Shown: positions 45,419 through 55,399 of the stretch, one piece after another | Position numbering within the stretch: the first letter of the stretch is position 1 | Layout: every line of letters begins with the position of its first letter | Origin: an uncultured virus (IMG/VR IMGVR_UViG_3300025167_000005) | Lineage: Duplodnaviria; Heunggongvirae; Uroviricota; Caudoviricetes | Reading direction: 5' to 3' (one strand) | Length of the DNA stretch: 64,000 nucleotides | IMG/VR virus record: IMGVR_UViG_3300025167_000005 | The notes under the pieces: model-generated | The model's input: the letters and a program-made list of their open reading frames with translations, nothing else | Database searches by the model: none | What the model was told of the DNA's origin: nothing | Program-made: the position numbers and the translations under genes

Positions 45419-46150
45419 ATGGCAAACATTGAGGCCGATATCGAGATGTACAAGAAGAGCATCGCGGCGTGGAAGGCGGAACTGGAAGCCTTGAACTCGG
45501 ACCCGGACCGGATGGTCCGGATTGCCGAGCTTCAGGCGAAGATGGACGCGCTGAGACCCCAGGTTGAAGCCGCACAGAAGAAGGTTGCCAACATTAGGGT
45601 CGCCATCCGCGAGTCTCTCGGCCTTGTCGCTGTCAAAGGCATCTTTCAGGAGGTCGCTACGCCGAAGGCCATCGCCCTCTTGGAGCATGAAACCGGGTTG
45701 ACTTGGAACGAGGCTGCCCTTGTTGTAAGACGCCCGGACACCATGAAGTTCTTCGAAGGCCATCCCTTCGACGTGCTCGCCAGGAATGAGGAGTTCCGGC
45801 TATTGGACAGCGACCCGGATTACATCTTCGCCACGAAGGAACTGCGCGACCTTGCTGCGCAGGTGAACCTCGTCGAGTGCGGAGCCTCGAACGAAAGCCC
45901 CGGTCTCCGGGTACTGCGCAATCAGACTTACCGGATGGCGCGCGACATCCTCGGCGAGGAGCTGGCGCTGGCCAACCTGGAGAGCAGGAAGCAGGCCCGC
46001 GACGAGGCCGCCGTGTCCCAGAAGAATCCGAGCGCCCAGGACGAGGCCCGCCGTGAGAGGGAACTCCAGAAGCGACTTAAGGCGGGACGGGTCGTCATCG
46101 GCGAACTGCTCACCGGGAAACGGACGCTTGACTTGGGGGGAGCGCAGTGA
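45419..46150 (+). CDS. Coiled-coil hypothetical protein
   Basis: Long ORF with its own promoter. Confidence 0.8.
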   Translation: MANIEADIEMYKKSIAAWKAELEALNSDPDRMVRIAELQAKMDALRPQVEAAQKKVANIRVAIRESLGLVAVKGIFQEVATPKAIALLEHETGLTWNEAALVVRRPDTMKFFEGHPFDVLARNEEFRLLDSDPDYIFATKELRDLAAQVNLVECGASNESPGLRVLRNQTYRMARDILGEELALANLESRKQARDEAAVSQKNPSAQDEARRERELQKRLKAGRVVIGELLTGKRTLDLGGAQ

Positions 46151-46548
46151 TGCTGTCCTACCACATCGAGCACTGGTACGGCGCGCTCCGAATCCGCGGG
46201 TGGAAAATGGGCATCGTCGAACCCGAGGAGAAGCGGGAAGCCGAGTTCGTTGTCTCCCTCTGGGAGAAGGCTCTCGCCCTCGAAGCCCGCGTGAATCTCA
46301 TCAACACTTTAGAGGAAGCCGAAGTAAAAGGTTTCTCAGGTTGGAAGGCCCGCGCGGAGAAGCTGGAGGCTCTCCTAGAGGAGTGGCTGGAAGCGCCCTA
46401 CTTCCAGACGGAAGCGACATGGAGAGCGTGGCGCGATGCCTTCGCGAGCAAGGTCTACGCCGCCGCCCTCCGCGCCGCCGACGCCGCTCGCGCCCGCTTC
46501 AACGTCGCCGTCCACGCCTGCCCAGCCTGCCAGGAGGAGAGCGCATGA
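46150..46548 (+). CDS. Hypothetical protein with Ala-rich helix and CPAC
   Basis: Coupled; ends HACPACQEESA. Confidence 0.65.
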   Translation: MLSYHIEHWYGALRIRGWKMGIVEPEEKREAEFVVSLWEKALALEARVNLINTLEEAEVKGFSGWKARAEKLEALLEEWLEAPYFQTEATWRAWRDAFASKVYAAALRAADAARARFNVAVHACPACQEESA

Positions 46549-46769
46549 CCCGCCACACCTGCATCCCGGCGCTCAATGCCTACCTCGACGCCGCCCGCGC
46601 CGACGCCGTCCGCGCCATCGCCGCCTACGAGGCCGCCACCCGCTCCGCCATCGCCGCCATTGCCGCCCGCGATGCCGCTGAGGCCTGCCCCGCGTGCAAG
46701 GAGGGAGTGAGCCGTGACGCTTTTTCTCCGAAGCCTGTGAACGGCGGGATAAGTCAGGCCATGGCTTAG
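46545..46769 (+). CDS. Ala-rich small protein with HTC..CPAC
   Basis: MTRHTCIPAL...EACPACKE. Confidence 0.55.
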   Translation: MTRHTCIPALNAYLDAARADAVRAIAAYEAATRSAIAAIAARDAAEACPACKEGVSRDAFSPKPVNGGISQAMA

Positions 46770-46930
46770 TCATCGGCGGAGCAATGTTCTTTATGCCCTC
46801 GTAACTCGCCCTACTACATGGTCTGGGTTCCCAAGACTATTACCGCGAAAAACATGGACGTGTCGGTTCGTTTGAACTAACCTCGTTGCTCTGGTCAACC
46901 TTTAAATAGGTCCGGTCCGTTGGATGGGAC

Positions 46931-47344
46931 ATGATGTGGCCCTGGAGCAAGAAGAAACTGAAATCCATCGTTGTCGAACAGAAGCCCATTGACGACATCC
47001 AGGCGGCTTTGGACAACGCCGCTGAGAGGGCCGCAGAAGAAGAAGTTCAGTCCAGAACCATGAGAGCCTGGGGCACGGTCAGCGGGAAGCACGTTGTAGT
47101 TACCTTGACAATTGGTGAGGCGTGGCATTACACGGAGTTGGGAAGTTACAGTAACCCGTGTTGGGAAGGTATTATCACTGTGAACAAAAAGGTAACCGGG
47201 AGGTATACTTTCGAGTTCGACAAGTACGACCGGGTTCAGCGTCTTGCGAAGTTCGATGAGGCCCGGGCCTGGTTCAAGGAGCAGGTGTCTCGTTATCCGG
47301 AACTTCAAAGTCCGGGATGGGACGAGGTCAAGCACTCGGTCTAA
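46931..47344 (+). CDS. Hypothetical protein
   Basis: TATA CCTTTAAATAG upstream; converges on the tagged array. Confidence 0.7.
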   Translation: MMWPWSKKKLKSIVVEQKPIDDIQAALDNAAERAAEEEVQSRTMRAWGTVSGKHVVVTLTIGEAWHYTELGSYSNPCWEGIITVNKKVTGRYTFEFDKYDRVQRLAKFDEARAWFKEQVSRYPELQSPGWDEVKHSV

Positions 47345-47766
47345 GGCCGGATGGCCTGCAAGTCTTCTGGTAGCTCACTGGCGTCTGCGTAGACCCATCG
47401 CGTGGGCAGGTTTGCGGCCTTCTTTCTGGCGTACAAGATGACCGGGACCTCGGCAATGCCCAGCCGTTTCGCGGCGCTGGCGCGGTGGCGGCCTTCCTGG
47501 CTCATGATGCGACCATCCTCCACGTCGATTTCCAGGAAAAGCGGGTCTATCTCCAGACCCTTTCGCATGCGCTTCATCAGGTGTCCTATCTGGACCAGGT
47601 CCTCTCCGACCCAATGCTCTTCGTCGCCTTCGACTACTCCGACCAGGCGCAGGTACTTGTCCGGGTTCATCCAGACCAGCTTCTGGGACTCGGGATGGTA
47701 TTTGAACAGTTCTGGGGCCTTGGCTGGGACGAATCGACGGCGCAAGTGACGGCGGACCCGAATCAT
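47341..47766 (-). CDS. ParB/Srx-like domain protein with N-terminal Arg tag
   Basis: MIRVRRHLRRR; IDPLFL..EGRHRASAAKRLG..VPV. Confidence 0.8.
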   Translation of the reverse strand: MIRVRRHLRRRFVPAKAPELFKYHPESQKLVWMNPDKYLRLVGVVEGDEEHWVGEDLVQIGHLMKRMRKGLEIDPLFLEIDVEDGRIMSQEGRHRASAAKRLGIAEVPVILYARKKAANLPTRWVYADASELPEDLQAIRP

Positions 47767-48341
47767 GCAGGCCGCCTCTCTGCGAGCCAGTCGAGGAAGT
47801 CCGTGACGGATTTTGGATGTTTTCCGATGAAAGAGTAAGCCCATGGAGCACTTGCATGAGTTGCGTGAATCATGTTGTCGATGGCGATTATCCTTTTGGG
47901 AAAGGACATGCTTTTTCTGGCCGAATGAATATGGTCGATGGCGGTGAGAAGGTCTCGGTCTGGAGGAACTTCTTCAAAGTCTCCAGGGCCAATCATGTCT
48001 CCGTACTGGATATCATATTGGTCTGCGAGAGTATCTACCTGACGCAGGTTAAACGTCCTGATGCGACGAGCCACATTCAAAGCAGCGGTCAGTTCTGCTC
48101 TGGCCAATAGTTTGGATTCGACTTCTTCCAGGAGGTCCAAGTCCTCTATCCCGGAGGCATAATGAGTGTAAAGCCTTGTAATCTCGCTCTGAGAGACCTT
48201 GGGAACTTCTGTAGGATGGGGAGGAGACCGCAGGATGGATTCGGCCGCCTTCCATGGGTCCCAGAGTCCTCCGCTGTCTATGTCGATTGACTGGACGTGT
48301 GTCTTCCTCCGTCTTAGGTGTCTCCGGACGTGAACGGTCAC
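47763..48341 (-). CDS. Tagged hypothetical protein; paralog of 53378
   Basis: MTVHVRRHLRRRK; DLLEEVESKL.ARAE and AID..H..H shared with 53378. Confidence 0.8.
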   Translation of the reverse strand: MTVHVRRHLRRRKTHVQSIDIDSGGLWDPWKAAESILRSPPHPTEVPKVSQSEITRLYTHYASGIEDLDLLEEVESKLLARAELTAALNVARRIRTFNLRQVDTLADQYDIQYGDMIGPGDFEEVPPDRDLLTAIDHIHSARKSMSFPKRIIAIDNMIHATHASAPWAYSFIGKHPKSVTDFLDWLAERRPA

Positions 48342-48907
48342 AGATTTCTCCTTATCATGACAGGGCCCAAATGCGCAGCCAGCCCAGAGCGACCAATCAG
48401 CTCCTTGGCAAGAGCAGGGTCATTCCGGGCAACGAACATGGCGAGTCCTTTCATCTGTTCCGCGAGTTCGGTTGCCTGAGGGTCCTCGTTATGGATGTTC
48501 AGGAGATATTCCAACGTCTCGATAGCGCTCTTCCTGTCTGTTCTTCTGTATTGGACCCACGCTTTGTCAACCTTTCTTCCAAGGATGGTATGCTTGTCTT
48601 GTGTGAGGAAGGCAAAGACCGCGTCCTCGTCTGGAATCAGGCAAGTTTCGTCCACGGTTACCTCGAAAACCTCTCCAGGAATCTGCCGATATCGTCCCGT
48701 CCTGTCCCGTCTCGATTCCGTGGCATAGAATTGGGCGGTCTGGAGGTCTGTAGTTATGTAAACAGCGTCGGCGCGAGGCACGTCCTGGTGGAAGCGTGTT
48801 ACTTGACCTGGAAGTATTTTGCCTATTTTCTGGATTCGTTTTACGCTCTGCGGAGGAGCGCCATGAAACCACTTTCGTCTCAGATGTCTCCGGACGTGAA
48901 CGGTCAT
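48338..48907 (-). CDS. ADP-ribosyltransferase-like (H-Y clade) protein with N-terminal Arg tag
   Basis: WFHGA..AVYITT..AQFYA..VFEV..PDED. Confidence 0.7.
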   Translation of the reverse strand: MTVHVRRHLRRKWFHGAPPQSVKRIQKIGKILPGQVTRFHQDVPRADAVYITTDLQTAQFYATESRRDRTGRYRQIPGEVFEVTVDETCLIPDEDAVFAFLTQDKHTILGRKVDKAWVQYRRTDRKSAIETLEYLLNIHNEDPQATELAEQMKGLAMFVARNDPALAKELIGRSGLAAHLGPVMIRRNL

Positions 48908-49035
48908 CGGTTTCCTCCTGAAAGGTCGGAGGTTACGTACTCGTCCAGTTGTCTCTGAAGTTCATTGATAGCCCGGACCAGGGCTTCCGTCCTGTTTGGC
49001 TTCCCGTGGACTACCGAGACTGTAGCGACTCCCAT
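48904..49035 (-). CDS. Small hypothetical protein
   Basis: Coupled on both sides. Confidence 0.5.
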   Translation of the reverse strand: MGVATVSVVHGKPNRTEALVRAINELQRQLDEYVTSDLSGGNR

Positions 49036-49208
49036 CACCGGCTTGCCTCCAGCAACGAGGCGGGTAACGGGTCCTGGATGGGAAACCCGCACTGGGAGCA
49101 CACGCTTCCCGTCCGGCTGTAGCGGAAGGCCGGGTTCCCGCAGTTGCCGCAGCAGAGGCGCGTCGTCCCATTGGCCTGGACGTGTTGCTCGATGGGGATG
49201 ACGGTCAT
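49035..49208 (-). CDS. Small Zn-ribbon protein
   Basis: CCGNCG..CSQCG. Confidence 0.55.
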   Translation of the reverse strand: MTVIPIEQHVQANGTTRLCCGNCGNPAFRYSRTGSVCSQCGFPIQDPLPASLLEASR

Positions 49209-49969
49209 GGGTCTCTTTCCTGCTTGATGTCCTTTGCAAACTCCTTGCTCCATCCGAGGTCCTCTATCCGCGGAGGCACATTGACGTAGTCAGACCAGTG
49301 TATCAACGTCTCTCCGATGCCGACCAGCTCGTCTGCGGAAGGCCTGTAGATGAACTCTCCCTCGCTCGAAGGGATGGATATCGTAGGCCCGCCTCCGTAG
49401 AACAATGGGTCGTTTCCCCCAAGGACGACTCCGGCGGTACGATATTGAGGTGGGATGGAGTCCACGTCCACCAGGACATTTTTGCGCTTTGGCTTGAACA
49501 CCAGGTAATACCCTGACATGAAGGACAGCTCGTGGGCGAACTTCTTGGCAATGGAAACGCGATTGCTTGTGCTTACCATGTCTTGGCCAAGAATCTTCGT
49601 CATGGCATTTCGAAGAGGACTAAAGTCAATCTGCCCGGAATCAAGCTCCCGAGGCCTGTCTTCTCCCCGGTAGTAGAAATTGGCAACCCCCTTGTACAGG
49701 TACTCTGGCATCTTCCTCGGGCCAAAGTACTTTATCAGCGGCGCAAGGTCCTGGACCGTCAGTCCGTGCTCGATGTCTCCCCGTGTCCACCGGATGACTT
49801 TTTGGATGGCCTTCTCCACGGCGTCCCGTCCGAACTCCTCTACAGCCAGGGCCATCTTTTCTTCCCCGGTGTAGGACTTCTTTCCAGGTGATGGCAAGTT
49901 GACGACCTTTCCCCACCCAGGCAAGACAATGGTGCGACGCCTTAGGTGCTTCCGGACGTGGACGGTCAT
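49205..49969 (-). CDS. ADP-ribosyltransferase-like (R-S-E clade pattern) protein with N-terminal Arg tag
   Basis: MTVHVRKHLRRR; LYKGV, VSTS, SEGEF. Confidence 0.65.
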   Translation of the reverse strand: MTVHVRKHLRRRTIVLPGWGKVVNLPSPGKKSYTGEEKMALAVEEFGRDAVEKAIQKVIRWTRGDIEHGLTVQDLAPLIKYFGPRKMPEYLYKGVANFYYRGEDRPRELDSGQIDFSPLRNAMTKILGQDMVSTSNRVSIAKKFAHELSFMSGYYLVFKPKRKNVLVDVDSIPPQYRTAGVVLGGNDPLFYGGGPTISIPSSEGEFIYRPSADELVGIGETLIHWSDYVNVPPRIEDLGWSKEFAKDIKQERDP

Positions 49970-50337
49970 CGGCGTCTCCGGTAGGAGCGAACAGCCACAA
50001 ATCTTTGTCGTCGGCGAGGTTCTGCATAGGGGTCGCCCAAGTGTCGCTTGCCACAGGAGCGACAAACAGGACACGACTTGAAGAGAGGAAGGTCCATCCA
50101 GTTGTCTACTCCGTCCGGGGTTTCTGCATCATAGTGTTTACCCAGATATTCTACCCATATGTGGTAGGGAATCTCGGGCCAGTCTGTTTCGTACTCTTCG
50201 GATACATGAACGACAGAGCCCGGTAAAAGTTCGTACAGGCGGTCAGCAAACTCGTCGCATCGTCCATTGTTGATACCTTCTGGTGACTCTTTGAATTGAG
50301 TGCGAACATAAACCACGGCAGCATGTGGATGCATCAT
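49966..50337 (-). CDS. Papain-like C-H-D protein with C-terminal Arg tag
   Basis: INNGRCDEFA, YHIWVE, HYDAE; ends VAVRSYRRRR. Confidence 0.72.
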   Translation of the reverse strand: MMHPHAAVVYVRTQFKESPEGINNGRCDEFADRLYELLPGSVVHVSEEYETDWPEIPYHIWVEYLGKHYDAETPDGVDNWMDLPLFKSCPVCRSCGKRHLGDPYAEPRRRQRFVAVRSYRRRR

Positions 50338-50897
50338 CGACGCCTCCGGTGAGAGCCAACGTGGACCCGACGGCGCATCGGACCTTTGGCCTTGTAACCG
50401 CGGGCCGTCTTCTCGATTTTTTCGGGGAACTTCCTGTACAGGGAGTCCCAGAGGGCCTCAGCATCACGCGACCTTGGTTTGATGGAGAGAAGGCTCTTGC
50501 CATACGAATGAGCGTCGTTAACCGCGAACCGGTAGAGGAATGTCCCCAGTCCCTTTCTCTCCCAACCATTGGCGACTTGGGCACTGCCAATGACCCAGGT
50601 AGACTCGTCCTCAATATAAATGGAAAGCATTCCCACGACCATGTATTCTTTTTCGAATTCCGCAAGCAGGAGATACAGCCAGTGCCGGTCCGTTGCATAC
50701 CCGTGCTCGGGCGTTCTGACCACGAATACCTTATGGTAGAGTCCGGGTCTGGAAGGAGAGACGACGGAGATGAATTGGTCGGAAAGTATCGGTTTGGTTT
50801 CTTCCTTGGTCAACATTTTCCACGTACTGCCCATGACAATTTTTTCCCAGCGCGTCTCGTGATGCGGCATACTTGGAATCGGGTTCTCGTCGGTCAT
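50334..50897 (-). CDS. GNAT-like protein, copy 1, C-terminal Arg tag
   Basis: VANGWERKGLGTFLY (motif A-like), SRDAEALW; ends VHVGSHRRRR. Confidence 0.75.
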   Translation of the reverse strand: MTDENPIPSMPHHETRWEKIVMGSTWKMLTKEETKPILSDQFISVVSPSRPGLYHKVFVVRTPEHGYATDRHWLYLLLAEFEKEYMVVGMLSIYIEDESTWVIGSAQVANGWERKGLGTFLYRFAVNDAHSYGKSLLSIKPRSRDAEALWDSLYRKFPEKIEKTARGYKAKGPMRRRVHVGSHRRRR

Positions 50898-51604
50898 CGT
50901 CTCCTCCGGTGGGCTTTGACACGGCATTGCCTTCGTCTCCGGTAAGACCTGACGTTGACCTGGGCTCTGCGGAACAGTCGATTCTCAGCCGTAAAGATGG
51001 CTTGGCGCTTCGTCCGGTCGAACTTGTACGCGCCTCGAACGGGCAGCGAACCGAGGTGAGATATGTTGGCTCCCCTCCTTATCATATCGATTTTCAGCCA
51101 GTCCGGCAGGTGCTTTAGAAGTCGCTTTCCAATGTGGGACAGCCAGATTGCTTCTCCATCCTTTGCGCGCCAAAGCTGTCTTTCTGTAAGATAGTGCGTA
51201 TACCCCCGCAGTTGAGCACGGAAGGCCTGGTCACTGTCAAGGGATTTGAAGACGTGAGTATCGTTAAGGGCATCGTACATCATGTCGCCCACGCTGTCTT
51301 CGTCCGGTTGGATATCCACAAAGTCTTGGCCATCGACCAGGAAGACATAGCCATGCCTGCCCGTGGAAAATCCTCTGACGACATCGGGTCCTGGGCAGAG
51401 AATGCCTCCCATTGCATATATCGCGGCTTCCTGCTCGGTCCTCGCTACATAGACCCTTCCTTTTATCGGAGACTGGAACGCTTTTCCCGGGTCTGCCCGG
51501 GGACGGATGTATCTATCCTTGAGAATGGCTTCTCCGGCCTCCTCGACGCAGGTTGCGTGATAGTAGGTCTTGGACCGAATGTCTTCTGGAATCTCGGAGA
51601 CCAT
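50894..51604 (-). CDS. ADP-ribosyltransferase-like protein with double C-terminal Arg tag
   Basis: YYHAT..GRVYVA..AIYA..PDED; ends VNVRSYRRRRQCRVKAHRRRR. Confidence 0.7.
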   Translation of the reverse strand: MVSEIPEDIRSKTYYHATCVEEAGEAILKDRYIRPRADPGKAFQSPIKGRVYVARTEQEAAIYAMGGILCPGPDVVRGFSTGRHGYVFLVDGQDFVDIQPDEDSVGDMMYDALNDTHVFKSLDSDQAFRAQLRGYTHYLTERQLWRAKDGEAIWLSHIGKRLLKHLPDWLKIDMIRRGANISHLGSLPVRGAYKFDRTKRQAIFTAENRLFRRAQVNVRSYRRRRQCRVKAHRRRR

Positions 51605-52362
51605 CAGCGTTTCCTCCGGTAAGAGCTGACATGCACCGGCCTGCGTCTCACGGGCTTCCCGGCCCTGCCGGGGACGGCGTCTCCGGACACCATGGGGCGG
51701 GCGACCGGGGGGAGCGGGGCCAGACCGGCATCCCTCCGCATGGCGTTGATGATGCCCGAGATTCCAGACATCAACCCGGCGACCTCTTCCTCGGTCGTCT
51801 TCGCGGTGAATCCGGCCCGACTCAGCGTGTCCACGACCTCTGCGGGGACCTGCGAGGTGTCCACCCGGTTCTCCTCGCGGAGGGTCCTCTCCGCAACGCC
51901 CCAGTAGGCCTGGCGCAGGATTTCCGGGTCGTCCTTGGCCACGGACTCCCTCCAGGCCTTCAACAGGTCTTGCTGGCGATGATAGTTGCTTGTCGTGTCG
52001 TCGGTCAGGACGTGGTATTCTCCGCTCTTCCTGGTGATGAGGACGCTCGGCGGAGCCCTGTCGATGTTCTGGTACATATTGACGACCCGTATCCTGTTCT
52101 CGGTGACTACAGGCGAGGACCTGCCCTCGACGTGCTCCTGGGCCCACTCGACCGCGGCGTCCTTGGTCGGGAAGGTGGTCACGTAGTAGAACTCGACGCC
52201 GCCCACGAACGCATGGTCCCCGTAGACGTAGCCCTCGCGGCGATGCTTCTCCCAGGGGACCACGTTCAGGGGCGTGGATGGGTTGATACGTTCGACCACC
52301 TTTCCGAACCTCTGGGAGAATCCCTTCGGATTTTCGAGGATGCCATGGCGGGAGACGGTCAT
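51604..52362 (-). CDS. Hypothetical protein with C-terminal Arg tag
   Basis: Ends VHVSSYRRKR. Confidence 0.8.
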   Translation of the reverse strand: MTVSRHGILENPKGFSQRFGKVVERINPSTPLNVVPWEKHRREGYVYGDHAFVGGVEFYYVTTFPTKDAAVEWAQEHVEGRSSPVVTENRIRVVNMYQNIDRAPPSVLITRKSGEYHVLTDDTTSNYHRQQDLLKAWRESVAKDDPEILRQAYWGVAERTLREENRVDTSQVPAEVVDTLSRAGFTAKTTEEEVAGLMSGISGIINAMRRDAGLAPLPPVARPMVSGDAVPGRAGKPVRRRPVHVSSYRRKR

Positions 52363-52811
52363 CGATGTCTTCTCCGATAGGAGTTGATGTGAACCCGCAC
52401 ACCGGTCCAGGCCTGACGCCTAACGTCGCGCGACCTCAGAGTCTTTAAGACTGTTCCAGGGAGTCTGGCGTGCTTGTCTGGATGCGTTTCAGGAGCATAA
52501 TAATAGTGCTCTTCGTCCGCTGGGAACCAAACCTGGGGAAAGTCCTTGCCGAACTGGTCAGCAGTGATATCAACGATTCGTCCATCGTCAAGTTCGACCC
52601 AAGTATGCCCCCAATCCCGATACCGCTTTTTTGAAGGCCCTGCCCAGTCTCCGTAGAGGACATCGTTGTCGATACCAGAGGCACTAAGCCGTTGCGAAAG
52701 CAGTTCAGACGCCCAATTACACAGTCCTCTCGTCTTGCCGCCGCACTCTCGTTCGACAATCTTGCGGACCGTCGCGGCGATGGACCTTATCTGTTCATCT
52801 TTCTTGGTCAT
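52359..52811 (-). CDS. Papain-like C-H-D protein; paralog of 23535
   Basis: GLCNWAS, GHTWVE, VDITADQF; ends VHINSYRRRHR. Confidence 0.78.
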   Translation of the reverse strand: MTKKDEQIRSIAATVRKIVERECGGKTRGLCNWASELLSQRLSASGIDNDVLYGDWAGPSKKRYRDWGHTWVELDDGRIVDITADQFGKDFPQVWFPADEEHYYYAPETHPDKHARLPGTVLKTLRSRDVRRQAWTGVRVHINSYRRRHR

Positions 52812-53044
52812 CGGGTCCGCCTCCTGTGAGAACGGACCTGGACGTGTTTCGGACGACGCAAGAACTCGCGCATGCGGGTGGGATATTGTCTGCCAGAAGT
52901 CATTGCCATGGCCAACTGGAGTGTCCTCTCGGGGTAGGTCACCGCGTCACTGGGCGGACCATGGTTCATCGCAATTTCCTCCGGTGGCCTCGCACGCGGA
53001 CTCCGAGCTTGCAGATATTTAATATCAGCGGCATCAGGCACCAC
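52808..53044 (-). CDS. Small protein with C-terminal Arg tag
   Basis: Ends VQVRSHRRRTR. Confidence 0.6.
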   Translation of the reverse strand: MVPDAADIKYLQARSPRARPPEEIAMNHGPPSDAVTYPERTLQLAMAMTSGRQYPTRMREFLRRPKHVQVRSHRRRTR

Positions 53045-53381
53045 TTCCCGGCGGGCTCGGTCCCCCGGGCAGCTCCTCCCAGGGGTCTTCCTCGTCGTCC
53101 TCGTCGTCCGACTCGGCCCGCTTCCGCTCGATGTAGGTCGCCAGGCCTTCCCAGGTCGCTCCGAATGCGGCCTTCGGGAAGTGGGGGCTTTGGGCGAGCA
53201 GGGCCAGAGCCAGGTCGAGGAGCACGGCCCGGACGGCCTTCTGGAACGGACTGTCTTCGGGCTTGCGCTGGACGCCGCGAATGGCGTCGGCGAGCTGCTT
53301 CTTGAGGGCGGTCTTCTGCTCGGGCGTCAGCACCTCGTACATCTCGTGCTCGTGTACTTCCGAGATGCGCTCTTCGGTCAA
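53034..53381 (-). CDS. Untagged helical protein with acidic tail
   Basis: TTGA coupling; SDDEDDEED. Confidence 0.7.
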   Translation of the reverse strand: MTEERISEVHEHEMYEVLTPEQKTALKKQLADAIRGVQRKPEDSPFQKAVRAVLLDLALALLAQSPHFPKAAFGATWEGLATYIERKRAESDDEDDEEDPWEELPGGPSPPGSGA

Positions 53382-54007
53382 CTGCGTTCCTCCTGCCCTT
53401 CGTCAGGAGGCAGTCTGCTCCGGGCCGGTACAAGACGACGACTCTTCCCGGCGAGTTCATCCAGGAACGCTACTCCCTCATCGTCGTTATGGATTCCAGA
53501 CACGAACATCCCGACCAGGGAGCCATCATCGTGAAGAACGTGGACAAACATGTCGATGGCCATCATCCTCTTGTTGAAGTCCCTGAAATCCCGGGCGCGT
53601 TGAAGTTTCGTCCACCGCTCGGTAATATCGTTTCCATAGGAGTAAAAAAGGCCTCCGAGGATGTGCTGGGATGCGTCTTCCAACTCGTTGTTGTCTTCTT
53701 CCTCTCCAGTGGCCACGGAGTCGGCGCAATGAACGAACGTCGCGTAAGCCTCGGCGCGGGCGATAAGCTTTGACTCGACTTCCTCCAGCAGGTCCGTATC
53801 CAGCATTCCGCTGACAAAGCTTTTGTAGAGACGGAGCAGTTCGCCTTGTTCGACTTTGGGCATGTCCACTGGTGAAGGGAACTTGTTGCTGCGCAGGCAT
53901 TTCCAGAACCGCTTCACCCGGGGATTCTTCGTATGTATGAGGAGTCGCATGTCCAACTTGACGCCACGCCTTCGCATGTGGCGGTGAACCCTTACTGGTT
54001 TCATCAT
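53378..54007 (-). CDS. Tagged hypothetical protein; paralog of 47763
   Basis: MMKPVRVHRHMRRR. Confidence 0.8.
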   Translation of the reverse strand: MMKPVRVHRHMRRRGVKLDMRLLIHTKNPRVKRFWKCLRSNKFPSPVDMPKVEQGELLRLYKSFVSGMLDTDLLEEVESKLIARAEAYATFVHCADSVATGEEEDNNELEDASQHILGGLFYSYGNDITERWTKLQRARDFRDFNKRMMAIDMFVHVLHDDGSLVGMFVSGIHNDDEGVAFLDELAGKSRRLVPARSRLPPDEGQEERS

Positions 54008-54825
54008 TCCCATCCCCCGGGCCATTCGGCGCGCAGATTCTCCGCCCCGTATCCGCTCAGCGCCGTGATGCGCCAAGAACCCAGGTGCGGCTCGAAATAA
54101 AGACGGTCGTGGATGGTCTCTCCCGGGAAGGCCCGCACGCGGACCTCCACGCCATACAGGATGTCTTCAGGCTTCGCGGCAGGGTCCGGAACGTACCAGA
54201 CATCGGCGTCACTACCGACCTTGTCCCGGTTGTCCAGGCAGCGCCCGTTCGAGCCTTTCAGGCAGGGTGGATAGGCGATGATACGGACGCCTTCCACGAA
54301 TCCAAAGTAGACTCCGCGCCCGCCTCCCCCGGTCACTGCGACCGGTTGGCCTGTCAGTTTGCGCACCTCACCTGCCAAGAGTTCGGCGCCGTCCTTCTCG
54401 AAGTCGGCAAAGTGCCCCCTGGGATGTTCCGGGGGGTTCGGAATGAGAACATCGGCGCCCATCCCGGCGGCAGCGCGGACCCTGGGCATGGTGGCCAGGA
54501 CCTCGGGAGTCGGCGCCACGAATCTCTCCGCGAACGAATAGCTTGGCTCGAAGCTCTTTCCATAAAGTCCGCGGACGGCCTCGACCGCCGCCCGCTGCTC
54601 CGGGGTCAGGTCCTTTCCCAGGAACTGCTCCTCGGCAACGATGCGCTCCTTGGCGTACTCGTTCGGAACGAGGATGCTCCTGCCCACACGGACGGTTCCG
54701 TCGGGAAGCCGTTCCCCCCGGGTCTTCGTCGCAACGTACTTCTCGTCGCCCTTCTTCCTGGAGACCCATCCACCGCCGAGGAAGACCACGCGGCGACGCA
54801 AGTGCCTCCGGACGCGGACATTCAC
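54004..54825 (-). CDS. Hypothetical protein with N-terminal Arg tag
   Basis: GTG start, VNVRVRRHLRRR. Confidence 0.75.
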   Translation of the reverse strand: MNVRVRRHLRRRVVFLGGGWVSRKKGDEKYVATKTRGERLPDGTVRVGRSILVPNEYAKERIVAEEQFLGKDLTPEQRAAVEAVRGLYGKSFEPSYSFAERFVAPTPEVLATMPRVRAAAGMGADVLIPNPPEHPRGHFADFEKDGAELLAGEVRKLTGQPVAVTGGGGRGVYFGFVEGVRIIAYPPCLKGSNGRCLDNRDKVGSDADVWYVPDPAAKPEDILYGVEVRVRAFPGETIHDRLYFEPHLGSWRITALSGYGAENLRAEWPGGWE

Positions 54826-54838
54826 CGGCCCACTTCCA

Positions 54839-55399
54839 TCATCGTCGCCTCCGGTAGGAGCCGACGTGGACCCGACGACGCATTGGACCAATGGTTTCGT
54901 ACCCGCGGGGGGATTTCTTGATTCTTCCAGGGAACTTTCTCTCCAAAGAGTCCCAGAGGGCCTCGGCTTCACGCGACCTTGGACGGACGGAGAGAAGGCT
55001 CTTGCCATACGAATGAGCGTCGTTGACCGCGAACCGGTAGAGGAATGTCCCCAGTCCCTTTCTCTCCCAACCATTGGCGACTTGGGCACTGCCAATGACC
55101 CAGGTAGACTCGTCCTCAACATAAGTGGAAAGCATTCCCACGACCATGTATTCTTTTTCGGATTCCGCAAGCAGGAGATACAGCCAGTGTCTGTCCGTCG
55201 CGTGCATGTGTTCTGGCGTTTTGGCTGCAAACACCTTATAACGAAGTCCGGAGGGAGCTACGACGGAGATGAACTGGTCAGAGAGCACCGGTTCAGCTTC
55301 TTCTTTAGACAGCATTTTATCCCACCAGACGGCTTGTGAGGACTCAATTGCACAGAGGCACGGTAAACAGGGAGCATGTCTCCGGACGTGGACGGTCAT
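54839..55399 (-). CDS. GNAT-like protein, copy 2, with partial N-tag and full C-tag
   Basis: MTVHVRRH...; WERKGLGTFLY; ends VHVGSYRRRR. Confidence 0.75.
   Translation of the reverse strand: MTVHVRRHAPCLPCLCAIESSQAVWWDKMLSKEEAEPVLSDQFISVVAPSGLRYKVFAAKTPEHMHATDRHWLYLLLAESEKEYMVVGMLSTYVEDESTWVIGSAQVANGWERKGLGTFLYRFAVNDAHSYGKSLLSVRPRSREAEALWDSLERKFPGRIKKSPRGYETIGPMRRRVHVGSYRRRR

Noticed and set aside
50894..52402. 502-aa ORF as listed in the track (similarly the extended 54004-55230, 14282-15286 and 30253-31182)
   Set aside because: The N-terminal extensions overlap better-supported genes; the true starts are at the coupled positions (51604, 54825, 14702, 30619).
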